Positions 11,310 through 20,667 of a DNA stretch of 64,000 nucleotides are shown here, one piece after another. How positions within the stretch are numbered: position 1 is the stretch's first letter; each line of letters starts with the position of its first letter. The translations under genes and the position numbers were made by a program. Origin of the DNA: Verrucomicrobiota bacterium (lineage in GTDB: Bacteria > Verrucomicrobiota > Verrucomicrobiia > Opitutales > Cerasicoccaceae); assembly GCA_039818205.1 (NCBI GenBank), contig JBCBUK010000003.1:1-64000 (forward strand). The letters run 5' to 3'. The notes beneath the pieces were generated by a model. It was not told the DNA's origin. It made no database searches and worked only from the letters and a program-made list of their open reading frames with translations.

Positions 11310-12176
11310 ATGGATTTAGAAAAGATCATTACCCATCCTGGTGGATCGCATCGCGATGAATTCCTTGCGTGCTGCTTGCTCATTGGTGAGTGCTCGGTGC
11401 CAATTGAGCGACGCGACCCCAGTGTGGAGGAGCTGGCTGATCCGCGCATTGCCGTGGTCGATATCGGGCATCAGCACGATCCTGAGCTCAGTAATTTTGA
11501 TCACCACCAATTTCCACGTGACTCCACGCCGACCTGTGCGCTTTCCTTGGTCCTGCAGAAGCTCGAACTTTATGAGCCTGCCCGCCAGTTTTGCGATTGG
11601 TTGGAGTCGACCGAACACTTTGACTGCCGCGGCGCGAAAGAAACTGGTGAATGGATTGGGGTAACTCCCGAACAAATGCGGCGACTCGATTCGCCAATTG
11701 ATCCAACGATCCTACGTTTGTTCGCCAGACAAGAGCGTCACCAGCCTGGTGAGCCTCTCTGGGAGATCATGCGATCGATGGGTGAGGAATGGTCCAGCTA
11801 TGTGCGCGGGATGGCGGAGCAAGTCAAGTTCTTGGCTGATCGCGGTGAGCTTTGGACTTTGGACCAGAACGGCCAATCGTTCGAAGTCTTTGCGATCCTA
11901 GATCGTAATGCACCGCTGGGGGATGCTGCGAGTGGCGTTGGCTTCCACTTGAAAGCCATTGGAAAGGACGAGTCCGTGGTCGCGATTGCCTACCCGGATA
12001 ATCGCAGCCAGGGACACGGCCTTCGTCGCTTTAATGATCACCCGTCAATGGAGTTTACCCAGTTGGAGGAGGAGCCCGATGTGCACTTTACCCACAAGCG
12101 AGGTTTTATCGCAAAAACATCCGCCGAATCACCAGAGCGCCTGCAGGAACTGCTGATGAAGGCTCGGATCGGTTAG
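11310..12176 (+). CDS. MYG1 family (DHH-like) hydrolase
   Basis: THPGGSHRDEFLAC, VVDIG, FDHHQ and FTHKRGFI motifs. Confidence 0.85.
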   Translation: MDLEKIITHPGGSHRDEFLACCLLIGECSVPIERRDPSVEELADPRIAVVDIGHQHDPELSNFDHHQFPRDSTPTCALSLVLQKLELYEPARQFCDWLESTEHFDCRGAKETGEWIGVTPEQMRRLDSPIDPTILRLFARQERHQPGEPLWEIMRSMGEEWSSYVRGMAEQVKFLADRGELWTLDQNGQSFEVFAILDRNAPLGDAASGVGFHLKAIGKDESVVAIAYPDNRSQGHGLRRFNDHPSMEFTQLEEEPDVHFTHKRGFIAKTSAESPERLQELLMKARIG

Positions 12177-12205
12177 GTCGCAGCGTCCGCTGAGACCAGA
12201 CTCAA

Positions 12206-12757
12206 TTAGTCGTCGAGTGTGGAATGTTGCTCGGCGATATCTAGATGGACTTCACGGAAGAGAAGCCATTGATCGTTTTCGATGGCCGGGTCCATATTGC
12301 GGACAATGTTCAGGCTGATCTGGAGCTTCTTCAGGGCGGTGTCGAAACGACTCTTCGTGGTGTTGAATTCTTCGATCGAGTATTTCCGTAGGTCGCCCGT
12401 GAACCATGGCTCGATCCGGATGCATTCGTAGAGTTTTTGACAAAGGTCCGGCATTTCAGCGATCGGCTTATAGGCCTGGGGGTAGTGGACTGTGCGGAGA
12501 TAGTCCATGTCCATGAGAACGGCGTCTCCGCCTGGAATTTTTCCGTAGAAAATTTCGTCAGGGAAGGATTGGGGAATACGCGTCTTCCAGTCCCATACGG
12601 CTTGGACTCGGGGGCTCCATCCGCCTCCTTTGGGCTTTTTTTCCGAGAGGTTTGTATTGTCCCAAAGGGATGGATGCGGGGAGTTTTCACTCCCAAAAAC
12701 CGTTACGATCTTGTGCTTAAGCACAAACTCAGTTGCTTGCTCAAAGGTCTTAATCAT
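12206..12757 (-). CDS. AlkZ-related winged-helix protein (hypothetical)
   Basis: WDWKTRIP, YGK and FDTALKKLQ motifs resemble AlkZ-like family members. Confidence 0.6.
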   Translation of the reverse strand: MIKTFEQATEFVLKHKIVTVFGSENSPHPSLWDNTNLSEKKPKGGGWSPRVQAVWDWKTRIPQSFPDEIFYGKIPGGDAVLMDMDYLRTVHYPQAYKPIAEMPDLCQKLYECIRIEPWFTGDLRKYSIEEFNTTKSRFDTALKKLQISLNIVRNMDPAIENDQWLLFREVHLDIAEQHSTLDD

Positions 12758-12828
12758 GGTCGCTCAAGAATTGTTGAAGCGCATGATTTAACCTGGGGAG
12801 CTTGTTCCGTCAATCACCCTGTTTTAAG

Positions 12829-12850
12829 TGAAAATGAGTCGCAGTCCAAA
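12829..12850 (+). promoter_or_regulatory. Fur-like box, copy 1
   Basis: TGAAAATGAGTCGCAGTCCAAA; one of five related 22-mers. Confidence 0.6.
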
Positions 12851-12902
12851 TAAATTCACCTTTGCTGTTGACGGAGAAGGGCGGTAGCGGCATTTCTTTA
12901 TA

Positions 12903-12924
12903 TGAGAATGAGACGCAGTACTGA
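12903..12924 (+). promoter_or_regulatory. Fur-like box, copy 2, upstream of the pseudopilin gene
   Basis: TGAGAATGAGACGCAGTACTGA. Confidence 0.6.
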
Positions 12925-13004
12925 ATTGTTGGGTTTTAGGAAAAATCGAATATTTCGGGGACGGTTCGGTGAAAGAGATGGCAGATTTTACGAAGGAAAA
13001 CGGG

Positions 13005-13835
13005 ATGAAAGAGAAACATTTAGGCTTTTCGCTGATTGAATTATTGGTGTCCATGACAGTCGTTTCCGTATTAGCGGCGATCACTGTGGTGGGAGTGGGG
13101 CATGTGCGGACGGCGGTTCATCGAACCGCGGAGGTTACCGGTGCGCGCCAATTGATTTCCGCCTATTTGATTTATCCACAGGATAATGGCGGGCGATTGA
13201 TGCCGGCGGTTCCCGATAGTCGCGAGATTGCACTGAATCCGGTCAGAGATCACGCGGGCAATGCCATCCTCAATGGAGCGGTTGCCTCTCGATATCCGTT
13301 TCGAATCCTCCCTTACTTGGGCGATGTTCGGTCGTTGTATTCGGGGCAATTTGCTGAGCATCTGGACGATCTTCGGTCAAGCGGTGATCCACAGTACGGC
13401 ATTAGTCTGTACCCGTCGCTGGGGCTCAACTCGGAATACATGGGTGGGAATTATGATGATCGCAGGACGCATCCGGAGACGGGGTTCTATCCAGGTTTAG
13501 CGGTCACCCGCTTGGAGCAGGTAATGGATCCCAGTAAGCAGATTGTGTTTGTCTCATCGACCTATGGTAAAGAGCCCGGGAGTTCGGCAGACTACGTTGG
13601 TTTTCACCGCGTGGAGGCTCCTAAGGGGCTTCGGACGAGTTGGTCGAGTTACAACGAGGAGTTACCGGCCCAGATGGGGTATATTCACTTGCGTTATGAG
13701 AGGCAGGCGCTCGTCGCGCATCTGGACGGGAGCGTAGGATTCATGGACGAGGAATCGCTGGGAGATATGCGGCGTTGGTCCAATCAGGCACGCCTCGAGA
13801 ATGACGAGAACTTCCGTCCGTCTCGCAGCCGGTAG
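13005..13835 (+). CDS. Prepilin-type N-terminal cleavage/methylation protein (PVC H-X9-DG pseudopilin)
   Basis: G|FSLIELLV class III signal; C-terminal HLRYERQALVAHLDGSV motif. Confidence 0.88.
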   Translation: MKEKHLGFSLIELLVSMTVVSVLAAITVVGVGHVRTAVHRTAEVTGARQLISAYLIYPQDNGGRLMPAVPDSREIALNPVRDHAGNAILNGAVASRYPFRILPYLGDVRSLYSGQFAEHLDDLRSSGDPQYGISLYPSLGLNSEYMGGNYDDRRTHPETGFYPGLAVTRLEQVMDPSKQIVFVSSTYGKEPGSSADYVGFHRVEAPKGLRTSWSSYNEELPAQMGYIHLRYERQALVAHLDGSVGFMDEESLGDMRRWSNQARLENDENFRPSRSR

Positions 13836-13876
13836 CGAGGCTCAGGTCGCCCTCGCGATTTTGCAGTTTGGCGTTG

Positions 13877-14353
13877 TCAGTCGTGTTTGTCGCAGTGGCC
13901 GCTCTCTGCGTGCTGGTCGCAACTGGCAGTCACGCGGACAGAAATTTCGTTGGCGCTGAAACCGAGGCTCTTGCTCAGAAAGCGTTCGCGAAGGTCAAGG
14001 CAGTCGTCCTTCATCGGAACGGTTTTCCCGCAGTCCTGGCAAACAATATAGACTCGCGCTCCGACCGGAGACCCGACTTCGAAGACCTGTTTGTCGCCAT
14101 CGCTTTCGGCCTTCCTTAAAAGACCGCAATTCTCCATCAGACCAATGGTCCGGTAGATGGTGGCCAAGGAGATGAGTTCGTCTTCGCGCCTGGCTTCAGC
14201 AAGAAGCGCGTCGGCGTCGAAGGTTCGATTCAGGCGTAGCATCGCCTTCAGGATTACCCGTCGCGGAATAGTCAGTCGTTGGCCGGACCGACGTAATTGT
14301 GCCTCCCATTCTTCGAGCGTTTCCGTCGTATCTGAACGAGGGGAGGCAGGCAT
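13877..14353 (-). CDS. Fur family transcriptional regulator, atypical (lacks the His-rich motif)
   Basis: GQRLTIPRRVIL, ISLATIYRTI, CQDCG and C-terminal Cys residues. Confidence 0.85.
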   Translation of the reverse strand: MPASPRSDTTETLEEWEAQLRRSGQRLTIPRRVILKAMLRLNRTFDADALLAEARREDELISLATIYRTIGLMENCGLLRKAESDGDKQVFEVGSPVGARVYIVCQDCGKTVPMKDDCLDLRERFLSKSLGFSANEISVRVTASCDQHAESGHCDKHD

Positions 14354-14354
14354 G

Positions 14355-14762
14355 TCAGGCGGCGGTCATCGTTTGGCTTTTGTAGCTAAAGGTGAGCTGA
14401 ACCACATTCCCGTCGAATACTGTATCATACCGCACGCGGTCCATGGCTTGTTCGCACAATCCTTGAAGGTCTGGTTGATCGAGTTGCAGTGGGAAATTGT
14501 CAGCTAGCTCATCTCCTGAGCGAACCGAAATGACGATATTCGATTCGATCCAGCTTCTAAGTGGCTGTAGCACCTGGCGATTGCGAGGCGATGCCGACTT
14601 GAGAAGGCGAAAAAAGCACTTCACGCATTGGCTGGGCGCTGCCGGAGATTGGGTCATAGCGTACAGATCCAGCAAGCTATCCGCTTCTCGTGCGAATGGG
14701 TCGCAAAGTTGCTTTAATATTTGCTCAGGAAGCACTGGCTGTGCTGGCTGCGAACTAGACAT
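14355..14762 (-). CDS. Hypothetical protein with CxxC, apparently coupled to the Fur gene
   Basis: ATG at 14762; CVKC motif; stop codon 1 nt from the Fur start. Confidence 0.75.
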   Translation of the reverse strand: MSSSQPAQPVLPEQILKQLCDPFAREADSLLDLYAMTQSPAAPSQCVKCFFRLLKSASPRNRQVLQPLRSWIESNIVISVRSGDELADNFPLQLDQPDLQGLCEQAMDRVRYDTVFDGNVVQLTFSYKSQTMTAA

Positions 14763-14776
14763 GATTTGATGCTTTA

Positions 14777-14798
14777 GGCGAATGAGACGCAGTCGCAA
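14777..14798 (+). promoter_or_regulatory. Fur-like box, copy 3, upstream of the CxxC-protein/Fur operon
   Basis: GGCGAATGAGACGCAGTCGCAA, about 15 nt upstream of the ATG at 14762. Confidence 0.7.
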
Positions 14799-14813
14799 GG
14801 AAAAACTGAGCAC

Positions 14814-14845
14814 AAAAAAGCCCGACTAACGATTATTAGCCGAGC
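14814..14845 (-). terminator. Rho-independent terminator after the HiPIP-like gene
   Basis: Minus strand GCTCGGCTAA-TAATCG-TTAGTCGGGC followed by a T run. Confidence 0.75.
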
Positions 14846-14872
14846 TGATTTGAAAAATGAAACTCTTTATCG

Positions 14873-15067
14873 CTACTCTGTGCGGAATTCGCCGCACCAA
14901 TCGCTTGCTTTCGTTTCTGGGAAACGGCTTTCGAAACGGGTTTCGGCGTCGACATTAAATACGATGGCTTGGGGTGAGCGGACGCGGCATTCGCCTTGGC
15001 CGGATGATGTTTCGTTCCAGTAGGCGCAGGCGCTGCAGGTTTTGGTTTGGGTGGTTGTAGTGTCCAT
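14873..15067 (-). CDS. Small four-Cys protein, HiPIP-like
   Basis: CSACAYW...GECR...DWCGEF; 64 aa; own terminator. Confidence 0.75.
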   Translation of the reverse strand: MDTTTTQTKTCSACAYWNETSSGQGECRVRSPQAIVFNVDAETRFESRFPETKASDWCGEFRTE

Positions 15068-15148
15068 ATAAAATCCTCGGTTGAAGTTATGATTTAAGGT
15101 AGCACAAACCGGAGAATTAGAAAGCCCAAGGTTGCTTAAGTCATTAGA

Positions 15149-15196
15149 TGTAAATGATATGCAGTCGCAAGTCTCTGCGAATTTGTCTCATTCGCA
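15149..15196. promoter_or_regulatory. Two opposed Fur-like boxes, copies 4 and 5
   Basis: TGTAAATGATATGCAGTCGCAA (+, 15149-15170) and TGCGAATGAGACAAATTCGCAG (-, 15175-15196). Confidence 0.65.
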
Positions 15197-15206
15197 TCAA
15201 GCTTGT

Positions 15207-16163
15207 TTACCGGGTGTAGACGACAAAGTCTGCCCTGCCGATGTCGCTCGAGTCAAACTGCGCTGGGTCGGTCTTCTGGACAATGCTGATGGTGATGACT
15301 TTTGCCCCGGGAAGTCTGTGCTTAATCCGGGCCGTTGTTCCGCCCTTGTTAGCAACATGAAAGTCGCCCGCGATCAATACGACGATCGAGTGTTCGGCGG
15401 TGGCATTGGCGACGCTTTCGGCCATGGTGGCGTCCCAGAGTTGTTGGGCGCGGAAGTATGCATCCGTGTCGATTGTATGCGATGAGTAGCTGGTCATCAG
15501 GTTTACGAAGCGTTCATGGTAGGGTGAGTCATCAACCTCGGGATCTGGAACCACGAATGGCTGCGGCGCAGTTGTCGGGATTTCCTTGAGGATTTCATGG
15601 CTTTCGAGGCGCGCGAGTCGAACGTAGGATCGCGGTGCGTTGGCGGCGATCAGGTCGCCTCCGGCGTTGTGGTTGGATTTGGCTGCGTCAACGATTGGGA
15701 GATACCAGTTGGACCAGTTCTCCAAGCTGCCGCCCCAGCCCTTTGAGTCAGTTGTTTCAAAAAGAGTCTCGGAGTTGATCCTGTCCGTGAGGTATAGATC
15801 GACAAAGGCTTGCTCGTGTCGTTCGAACATTTCCATGGCGACGGCCGTATCTGGGAAGTGTTCGAAAATGTCGGTCACAAGTTTCAGTTCTAGTTGGTGG
15901 GCGATCGGGTTTGTGTGTTCTTCACCGACAAGGACAATGTTGGATTGCAGCGCCTGGTCACGGAGGAGTTTCCAACTGGAAGTCTGGCCGTTTTGTCCAT
16001 TGTAGACTACCCATTCTGGTAGGTTTAGCGGCGCTTGGGGCTCTTTTGATTGGTCGACTGAGCTGCAGGCAGATCCTACCAATAGCATCAGGAGCGCGGT
16101 CGTTAATACAGCTGGTCGCAGCGTGTCGTTGGGTCGTGTTCCATCGATTGAATGGTCGTTCAT
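15207..16163 (-). CDS. ChaN family lipoprotein (haem/iron uptake associated)
   Basis: Lipobox-like GSAC; IVLVGEEH, AMEMFE, AQQLWDATMA and AGDFH motifs. Confidence 0.88.
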   Translation of the reverse strand: MNDHSIDGTRPNDTLRPAVLTTALLMLLVGSACSSVDQSKEPQAPLNLPEWVVYNGQNGQTSSWKLLRDQALQSNIVLVGEEHTNPIAHQLELKLVTDIFEHFPDTAVAMEMFERHEQAFVDLYLTDRINSETLFETTDSKGWGGSLENWSNWYLPIVDAAKSNHNAGGDLIAANAPRSYVRLARLESHEILKEIPTTAPQPFVVPDPEVDDSPYHERFVNLMTSYSSHTIDTDAYFRAQQLWDATMAESVANATAEHSIVVLIAGDFHVANKGGTTARIKHRLPGAKVITISIVQKTDPAQFDSSDIGRADFVVYTR

Positions 16164-16291
16164 TGAACAAACCTAATGACGGTGAATGCATGGATGTCGA
16201 ATCTACATGCTGGATTTCTTGAACGATCTATTGGGGTCGGAGTTGACCTCCTAATCAGGGCTTGTCTATTTTGGTATGCCTTGAGTTTCTC

Positions 16292-17974
16292 ATGAAGTAT
16301 ATGATTTTTTCCCGTTCTGCTTTTTTCGTATTTCTGTGCATTTGGTCCTCGATGGCCGCGCTACGTGCAGATCCACCCAATGTCCTGTTTATCATGGTCG
16401 ATGACCTGGGCTATGGGCATTGTGCATTTAATAACGAAACGTTAACAGTGGATGAGTTTGATCCCTACTTTGTGCAGATCGTTGCCGAACGAGATCACTA
16501 CAGTCCGGAGCAGGCGCTTGAGTTTTCAAAGCGTGCCATGCCTACCTTGAGTCGTCTAGGAGATGAGGGCATTATTTTCACGCGGGCATATTCTCCAAGT
16601 AGTCTTTGTGCAGCTGCTCGTTTAGCCGTAGCAACGGGCAAGGAATTACCGCAGCAGGGAATCTACACGAACATGGACGTGGAGGCGAAGGGCCTGCAGC
16701 CAGGAACGCATCTTGGCCAGCTTTTTCAAGAGGCGGGCTACGGTACGGCCCATATCGGTAAGTGGCACATTGCCAAGCGGGATGATTCGATGATTCGCGA
16801 TGCGCTCGATCGCCACGGCATCGAGGCGGAGCACGATTTTTGGTATATCCGGGCAAACTTGCCGGACGTCTATGATGAGATCTGGCGCGATGGTTACTAC
16901 GGTTCGGTTCGGCCCGAGCAGAATCCGTTAGCCAATGGTTTTGACCACTACTACGGGTACAATACGTGGGCGAGTCAGTTTTATGATTCTACCTTGGTCT
17001 GGGACGGTTATGAACACGCTGGCCGACAGCCGGGGTATAACACTGACGTCTTCACCGATAAGGCGATCGATTTTATGCGCGATCGAATCGACAAGAAGAA
17101 GCCGTTTTATGTTCAGCTGCACTATCATGCGGTTCATGATTTTCTGGAGCCCAATGCGCCCGATCCATATTTCAAGTTTTTCCATTCGGAGTCTTACGAC
17201 CTGACAAACTTTTACGCTCACGTTTATGCGATTGATCGCAACGTCGAGCGGATTGTTGATTTCTTGGAGAAAGAAAAGGTACTCCAGAATACGATAATTG
17301 TCTTTACCTCGGACAATGGAGCAATGTCAGGTGGTCCTTCGGTGTTGCCTGGAAACGCACCCTATGCGGGGCACAAAGGAACTTGGCAGCAAGGAGGTAC
17401 CCGGGTGCCGCTCCTGTTTTATTGGCCGGAGGGCATTGCGGGTGAACGCCGTTTGGATCAGATGGTGTCCACGATGGATATCTTGCCAACGTGTTTGCAG
17501 GCGGCCGGCATCCAATTGCCTGATGACATCGATGCGGTCAGCCTATTGGGTATCTTGTCGTCCGAGGATGACTCAAGCGTAAGGGATCAGATGATTTGGT
17601 CGGGCATTCACGCGCGGCGTTGGGGTTATTTGATTAATACATCCTTTAAGAATCATTACACCGAGCTCCCGTTTGCCCCAGGCGGTTTCGCGATAATTGA
17701 TGGCGACTACATGTTGCGCTTCGAAGGCTCGGTTGGGCCGGAGGTCTATCACGAGTGCCCGGAGGGCCGTGGTGGTATCTATTCGCTCTACAATTTGCGG
17801 GAAGATCCTGGTGAACGCAATGACCTCAAGGATCAAATGCCAGAGCTCGTTGACACCCTGTTGGCTGCTTATCGAGCGCAATCTGCTGACTTTCAAGCAC
17901 CGATCGTTTGGGACCAAGAGAAGTGGCTTGAAATCGGTGGCATTGGGGCTGAGTCAAGCGCAGCGGCTCAGTAA
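16292..17974 (+). CDS. Secreted formylglycine-type (S1) sulfatase, YdeN-like
   Basis: PNVLFIMVDDLGYG, CAAAR signature, GKWH, FTSDNG, LYNLREDPGERNDL. Confidence 0.92.
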   Translation: MKYMIFSRSAFFVFLCIWSSMAALRADPPNVLFIMVDDLGYGHCAFNNETLTVDEFDPYFVQIVAERDHYSPEQALEFSKRAMPTLSRLGDEGIIFTRAYSPSSLCAAARLAVATGKELPQQGIYTNMDVEAKGLQPGTHLGQLFQEAGYGTAHIGKWHIAKRDDSMIRDALDRHGIEAEHDFWYIRANLPDVYDEIWRDGYYGSVRPEQNPLANGFDHYYGYNTWASQFYDSTLVWDGYEHAGRQPGYNTDVFTDKAIDFMRDRIDKKKPFYVQLHYHAVHDFLEPNAPDPYFKFFHSESYDLTNFYAHVYAIDRNVERIVDFLEKEKVLQNTIIVFTSDNGAMSGGPSVLPGNAPYAGHKGTWQQGGTRVPLLFYWPEGIAGERRLDQMVSTMDILPTCLQAAGIQLPDDIDAVSLLGILSSEDDSSVRDQMIWSGIHARRWGYLINTSFKNHYTELPFAPGGFAIIDGDYMLRFEGSVGPEVYHECPEGRGGIYSLYNLREDPGERNDLKDQMPELVDTLLAAYRAQSADFQAPIVWDQEKWLEIGGIGAESSAAAQ

Positions 17975-18248
17975 TCGTAAACTTACTTTGCTTCGCAAAG
18001 TAGGTCTGTGTTTGTGCGTACACAGCAACGAGAGCTGCCGTGTAATTGCAGCTCTCGTTTGTTGTTGTGTTAACCCCAATAAGAAATTGTTGGTGGACTG
18101 AAAAACTGGAAGCAATTTTAGCTATGATTCTCGAAGTGCCTGAGTTCGGGCAGTTTACCAAGAAGATATTTAATACTGTAAATTCTTTGCGCTCGGTGTC
18201 AAATGAATAATACCAAAATATACAAGAATAAGTCTTTTGGGCTTGGGT

Positions 18249-19172
18249 TCAGTTTCTCGGTGTTCGGCGGGACGGTTCACTGGCCTCTTGGATCAGTTCT
18301 CCGTTGTCGGTTCGTATGTTGCGCAGGGTCATTTCCTGTCGGCGGTATTCCAGTGGTGTTCGTTGATAAACCCGCCTGAAGTGTCGGTTGAAATTTGATA
18401 TGTTGTTGAATCCTGAGTGGAAAGCGATGTCGGTCACGGTGCGGTTGGTATCCAGAAGCGCGCGCGCAGCATGTCCGAGGCGTAGTCGTTTAAGATACTC
18501 TTGGTAGGTCATGCGCAGATGCTTCTGGAAAAACCGACTGAGCGACTGCGGGTGGAGCGCTGCGACTCGTGATGCGTCTTCGAGGCTTACCGTCTCGTCC
18601 CAGTGAGACTCTAGGTAGTTGAGGACGCGTTGTAGACGGTCGATCCGTGTTGGGTTGATTTTTTCTGCGTAGGTAACGCTCGCTAAGAATTCCCGATCGC
18701 GGTCAATGCTCAACAGGTGTAGTGCGTCAATTAACCGGGTGATCCTGGACGGGCCTGGTGACGCGTTGAGGGATTCTGCCATTAGCCGTTGAACCGCTTT
18801 GGCGGTTTTCGATTTGAAGCTGAGCCCGCGGTTCGCTTCTTCAAGTAGGCTGCTGATTTCTGAGAACTCACGGAGCTGAAGGAACTCGCTGCCAAACATC
18901 TCCAGTTTGAACTGGATGCAGATCGAGCGGGCGCGACTGCGACAAGTATTTCTAAAGTGGTGAGGGAGATTTTCACCAATAAGAACAAGATCGCCGGCTT
19001 TGAACGGTCGGATGGAATCGCCAACTAGACGTTGGCCATCGCTCTCGATAATCCATGTGAGCTCGATCTCTGGGTGGTAGTGATAGTCATGTCGAAACTC
19101 CGGGACGTCGTAGCTTTCGCAGGTGAACGATGAACCTGGCGACGGGGGAACAGTACCAAGATATGGTTTCAT
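18249..19172 (-). CDS. AraC family regulator with cupin sensor domain
   Basis: YHYHPEIEL and LPH cupin motifs; C-terminal IAFHSGFNNISNFNRHF. Confidence 0.93.
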   Translation of the reverse strand: MKPYLGTVPPSPGSSFTCESYDVPEFRHDYHYHPEIELTWIIESDGQRLVGDSIRPFKAGDLVLIGENLPHHFRNTCRSRARSICIQFKLEMFGSEFLQLREFSEISSLLEEANRGLSFKSKTAKAVQRLMAESLNASPGPSRITRLIDALHLLSIDRDREFLASVTYAEKINPTRIDRLQRVLNYLESHWDETVSLEDASRVAALHPQSLSRFFQKHLRMTYQEYLKRLRLGHAARALLDTNRTVTDIAFHSGFNNISNFNRHFRRVYQRTPLEYRRQEMTLRNIRTDNGELIQEASEPSRRTPRN

Positions 19173-19206
19173 TGTCTAATGGGGTAGGGGAATGCTGGTA
19201 GTCTGA

Positions 19207-19244
19207 TTGTGAAGAAAGTATCATCACTTGTGAAGTGAATATTG
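19207..19244 (+). promoter_or_regulatory. Direct repeat with 21-bp period, probable AraC activator site upstream of GH16
   Basis: TTGTGAAGaaagTATca at 19207 and TTGTGAAGtgaaTATtg at 19228. Confidence 0.6.
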
Positions 19245-19374
19245 GTTTTTTGTAGCCATAGAATGGTATGGTTCCTCATCTCCCAATTTACCCCTGGGCT
19301 CCCCCTTTTCCCGAGATCTAGCGGATGCGCGATGCAAGCCGCTCGGTCTTACTGAACCCAAACCCGTCTCGTAT

Positions 19375-20640
19375 ATGAAACTGAAATACCTCAAGAATCT
19401 CGTTGTACCTCAACGAAGCCTCAAGCTGTTGGCTGCCTGCCTATTCGGATCCTTGCTTTCTAATTCGGCACACGCTGGCCCGCCCCCGGCACCTGCTGGC
19501 TATCAATGGGAACCCGTTTGGGCCCTGACTGACGAGTTCAATGACAACTCGATCAACGGCAACAAGTGGCTCAAATACAACCCAAAGTGGGTTGGGCGTT
19601 CGCCGGGCAGATTTAAAGAGTCGCAAGTGTCCGAGAGTGGTGGCTATCTGCGATTGAAAAATACCAAGGTTGCTGACACGAGCCAAGAAGTATGGGTGCA
19701 TACGGGCTTCCTGGCATCGAAGACGCATAACTTTGTCGCTGGCTACTATTCCGAGTGTCGCCTAATGGCTGCCAAAGACGGAACGGTTACCGGGTTTTGG
19801 ATGTCGGGAACTGGTACGGAGATCGACGTTCAGGAAGCGGTAGGGTTTCCGGCAAATGGCAACAATAACCTCCCATTCCGGATGCGGATGAATACGCATT
19901 CAACCGTGAATGGGGATTGGGCCACCGATATCGCGACTCCCAGGGATCACATTATCAGCACGGCTGTTGGCGATGCTTTTCATACCTACGGTGTTTGGTG
20001 GAAAGACAATCGAAACATCAACTTCTACTACAATGGCAATTATGTGACTTCAGTGGTTTCCGGGCGCCCTTTCAATGTGCCTATGCAGCTTAATATCAAT
20101 ACCGAGACGCAAAACTGGATTGGTGACCCAACGCCATGGCGGCTGAACAACAACAACCTGAATACCACCTTGGTTGATTTTGTGAGGACCTGGAAGCTGG
20201 TGCCTGTAGGTGGAGCGCCCATTGGTAAGACCATTTCGCTCAAGGCTGTTGCCAATAACAAATTTGTCGCTTCGGACTCTGGCTTGAATGCGACTCAATG
20301 GCCATTGGCGGCCAACCGGACAGCGGTTGGTGCTTGGGAGAAGTTCCGGGTGGTTGATGCTGGCGGGGGCTATGTCTACCTCGTTGCGAATGGAAATAAC
20401 AAGTACGTCTACTCAAATGGCTCGATCGGAACCTGGCCCCTGATTGCCGCATCCACGGTCACGGGTTCCTGGGGTAAGTATAAGTGGGTCAACAATAGTG
20501 ATGGAACCATCTCGCTCCAATGTATCGCTAACGGAAAATACGTATGTGCTGATGTCGGCGCTGATCCGACGAATGCGCGCCTTTTGACCAATCGTACGGC
20601 AATTGGTGCCTGGGAGAAATTTAATTGGCAGCAGCAGTAG
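19375..20640 (+). CDS. GH16 glycoside hydrolase (beta-porphyranase/agarase-like) with C-terminal fascin-like CBM92 beta-trefoil
   Basis: Signal peptide; TDEFN; catalytic EIDVQE; FHTYGVWW; three repeats ending WEKF, WGKY and WEKF. Confidence 0.88.
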   Translation: MKLKYLKNLVVPQRSLKLLAACLFGSLLSNSAHAGPPPAPAGYQWEPVWALTDEFNDNSINGNKWLKYNPKWVGRSPGRFKESQVSESGGYLRLKNTKVADTSQEVWVHTGFLASKTHNFVAGYYSECRLMAAKDGTVTGFWMSGTGTEIDVQEAVGFPANGNNNLPFRMRMNTHSTVNGDWATDIATPRDHIISTAVGDAFHTYGVWWKDNRNINFYYNGNYVTSVVSGRPFNVPMQLNINTETQNWIGDPTPWRLNNNNLNTTLVDFVRTWKLVPVGGAPIGKTISLKAVANNKFVASDSGLNATQWPLAANRTAVGAWEKFRVVDAGGGYVYLVANGNNKYVYSNGSIGTWPLIAASTVTGSWGKYKWVNNSDGTISLQCIANGKYVCADVGADPTNARLLTNRTAIGAWEKFNWQQQ

Positions 20641-20667
20641 GGTAGCTGCTTCCAACGGTAATGATAG

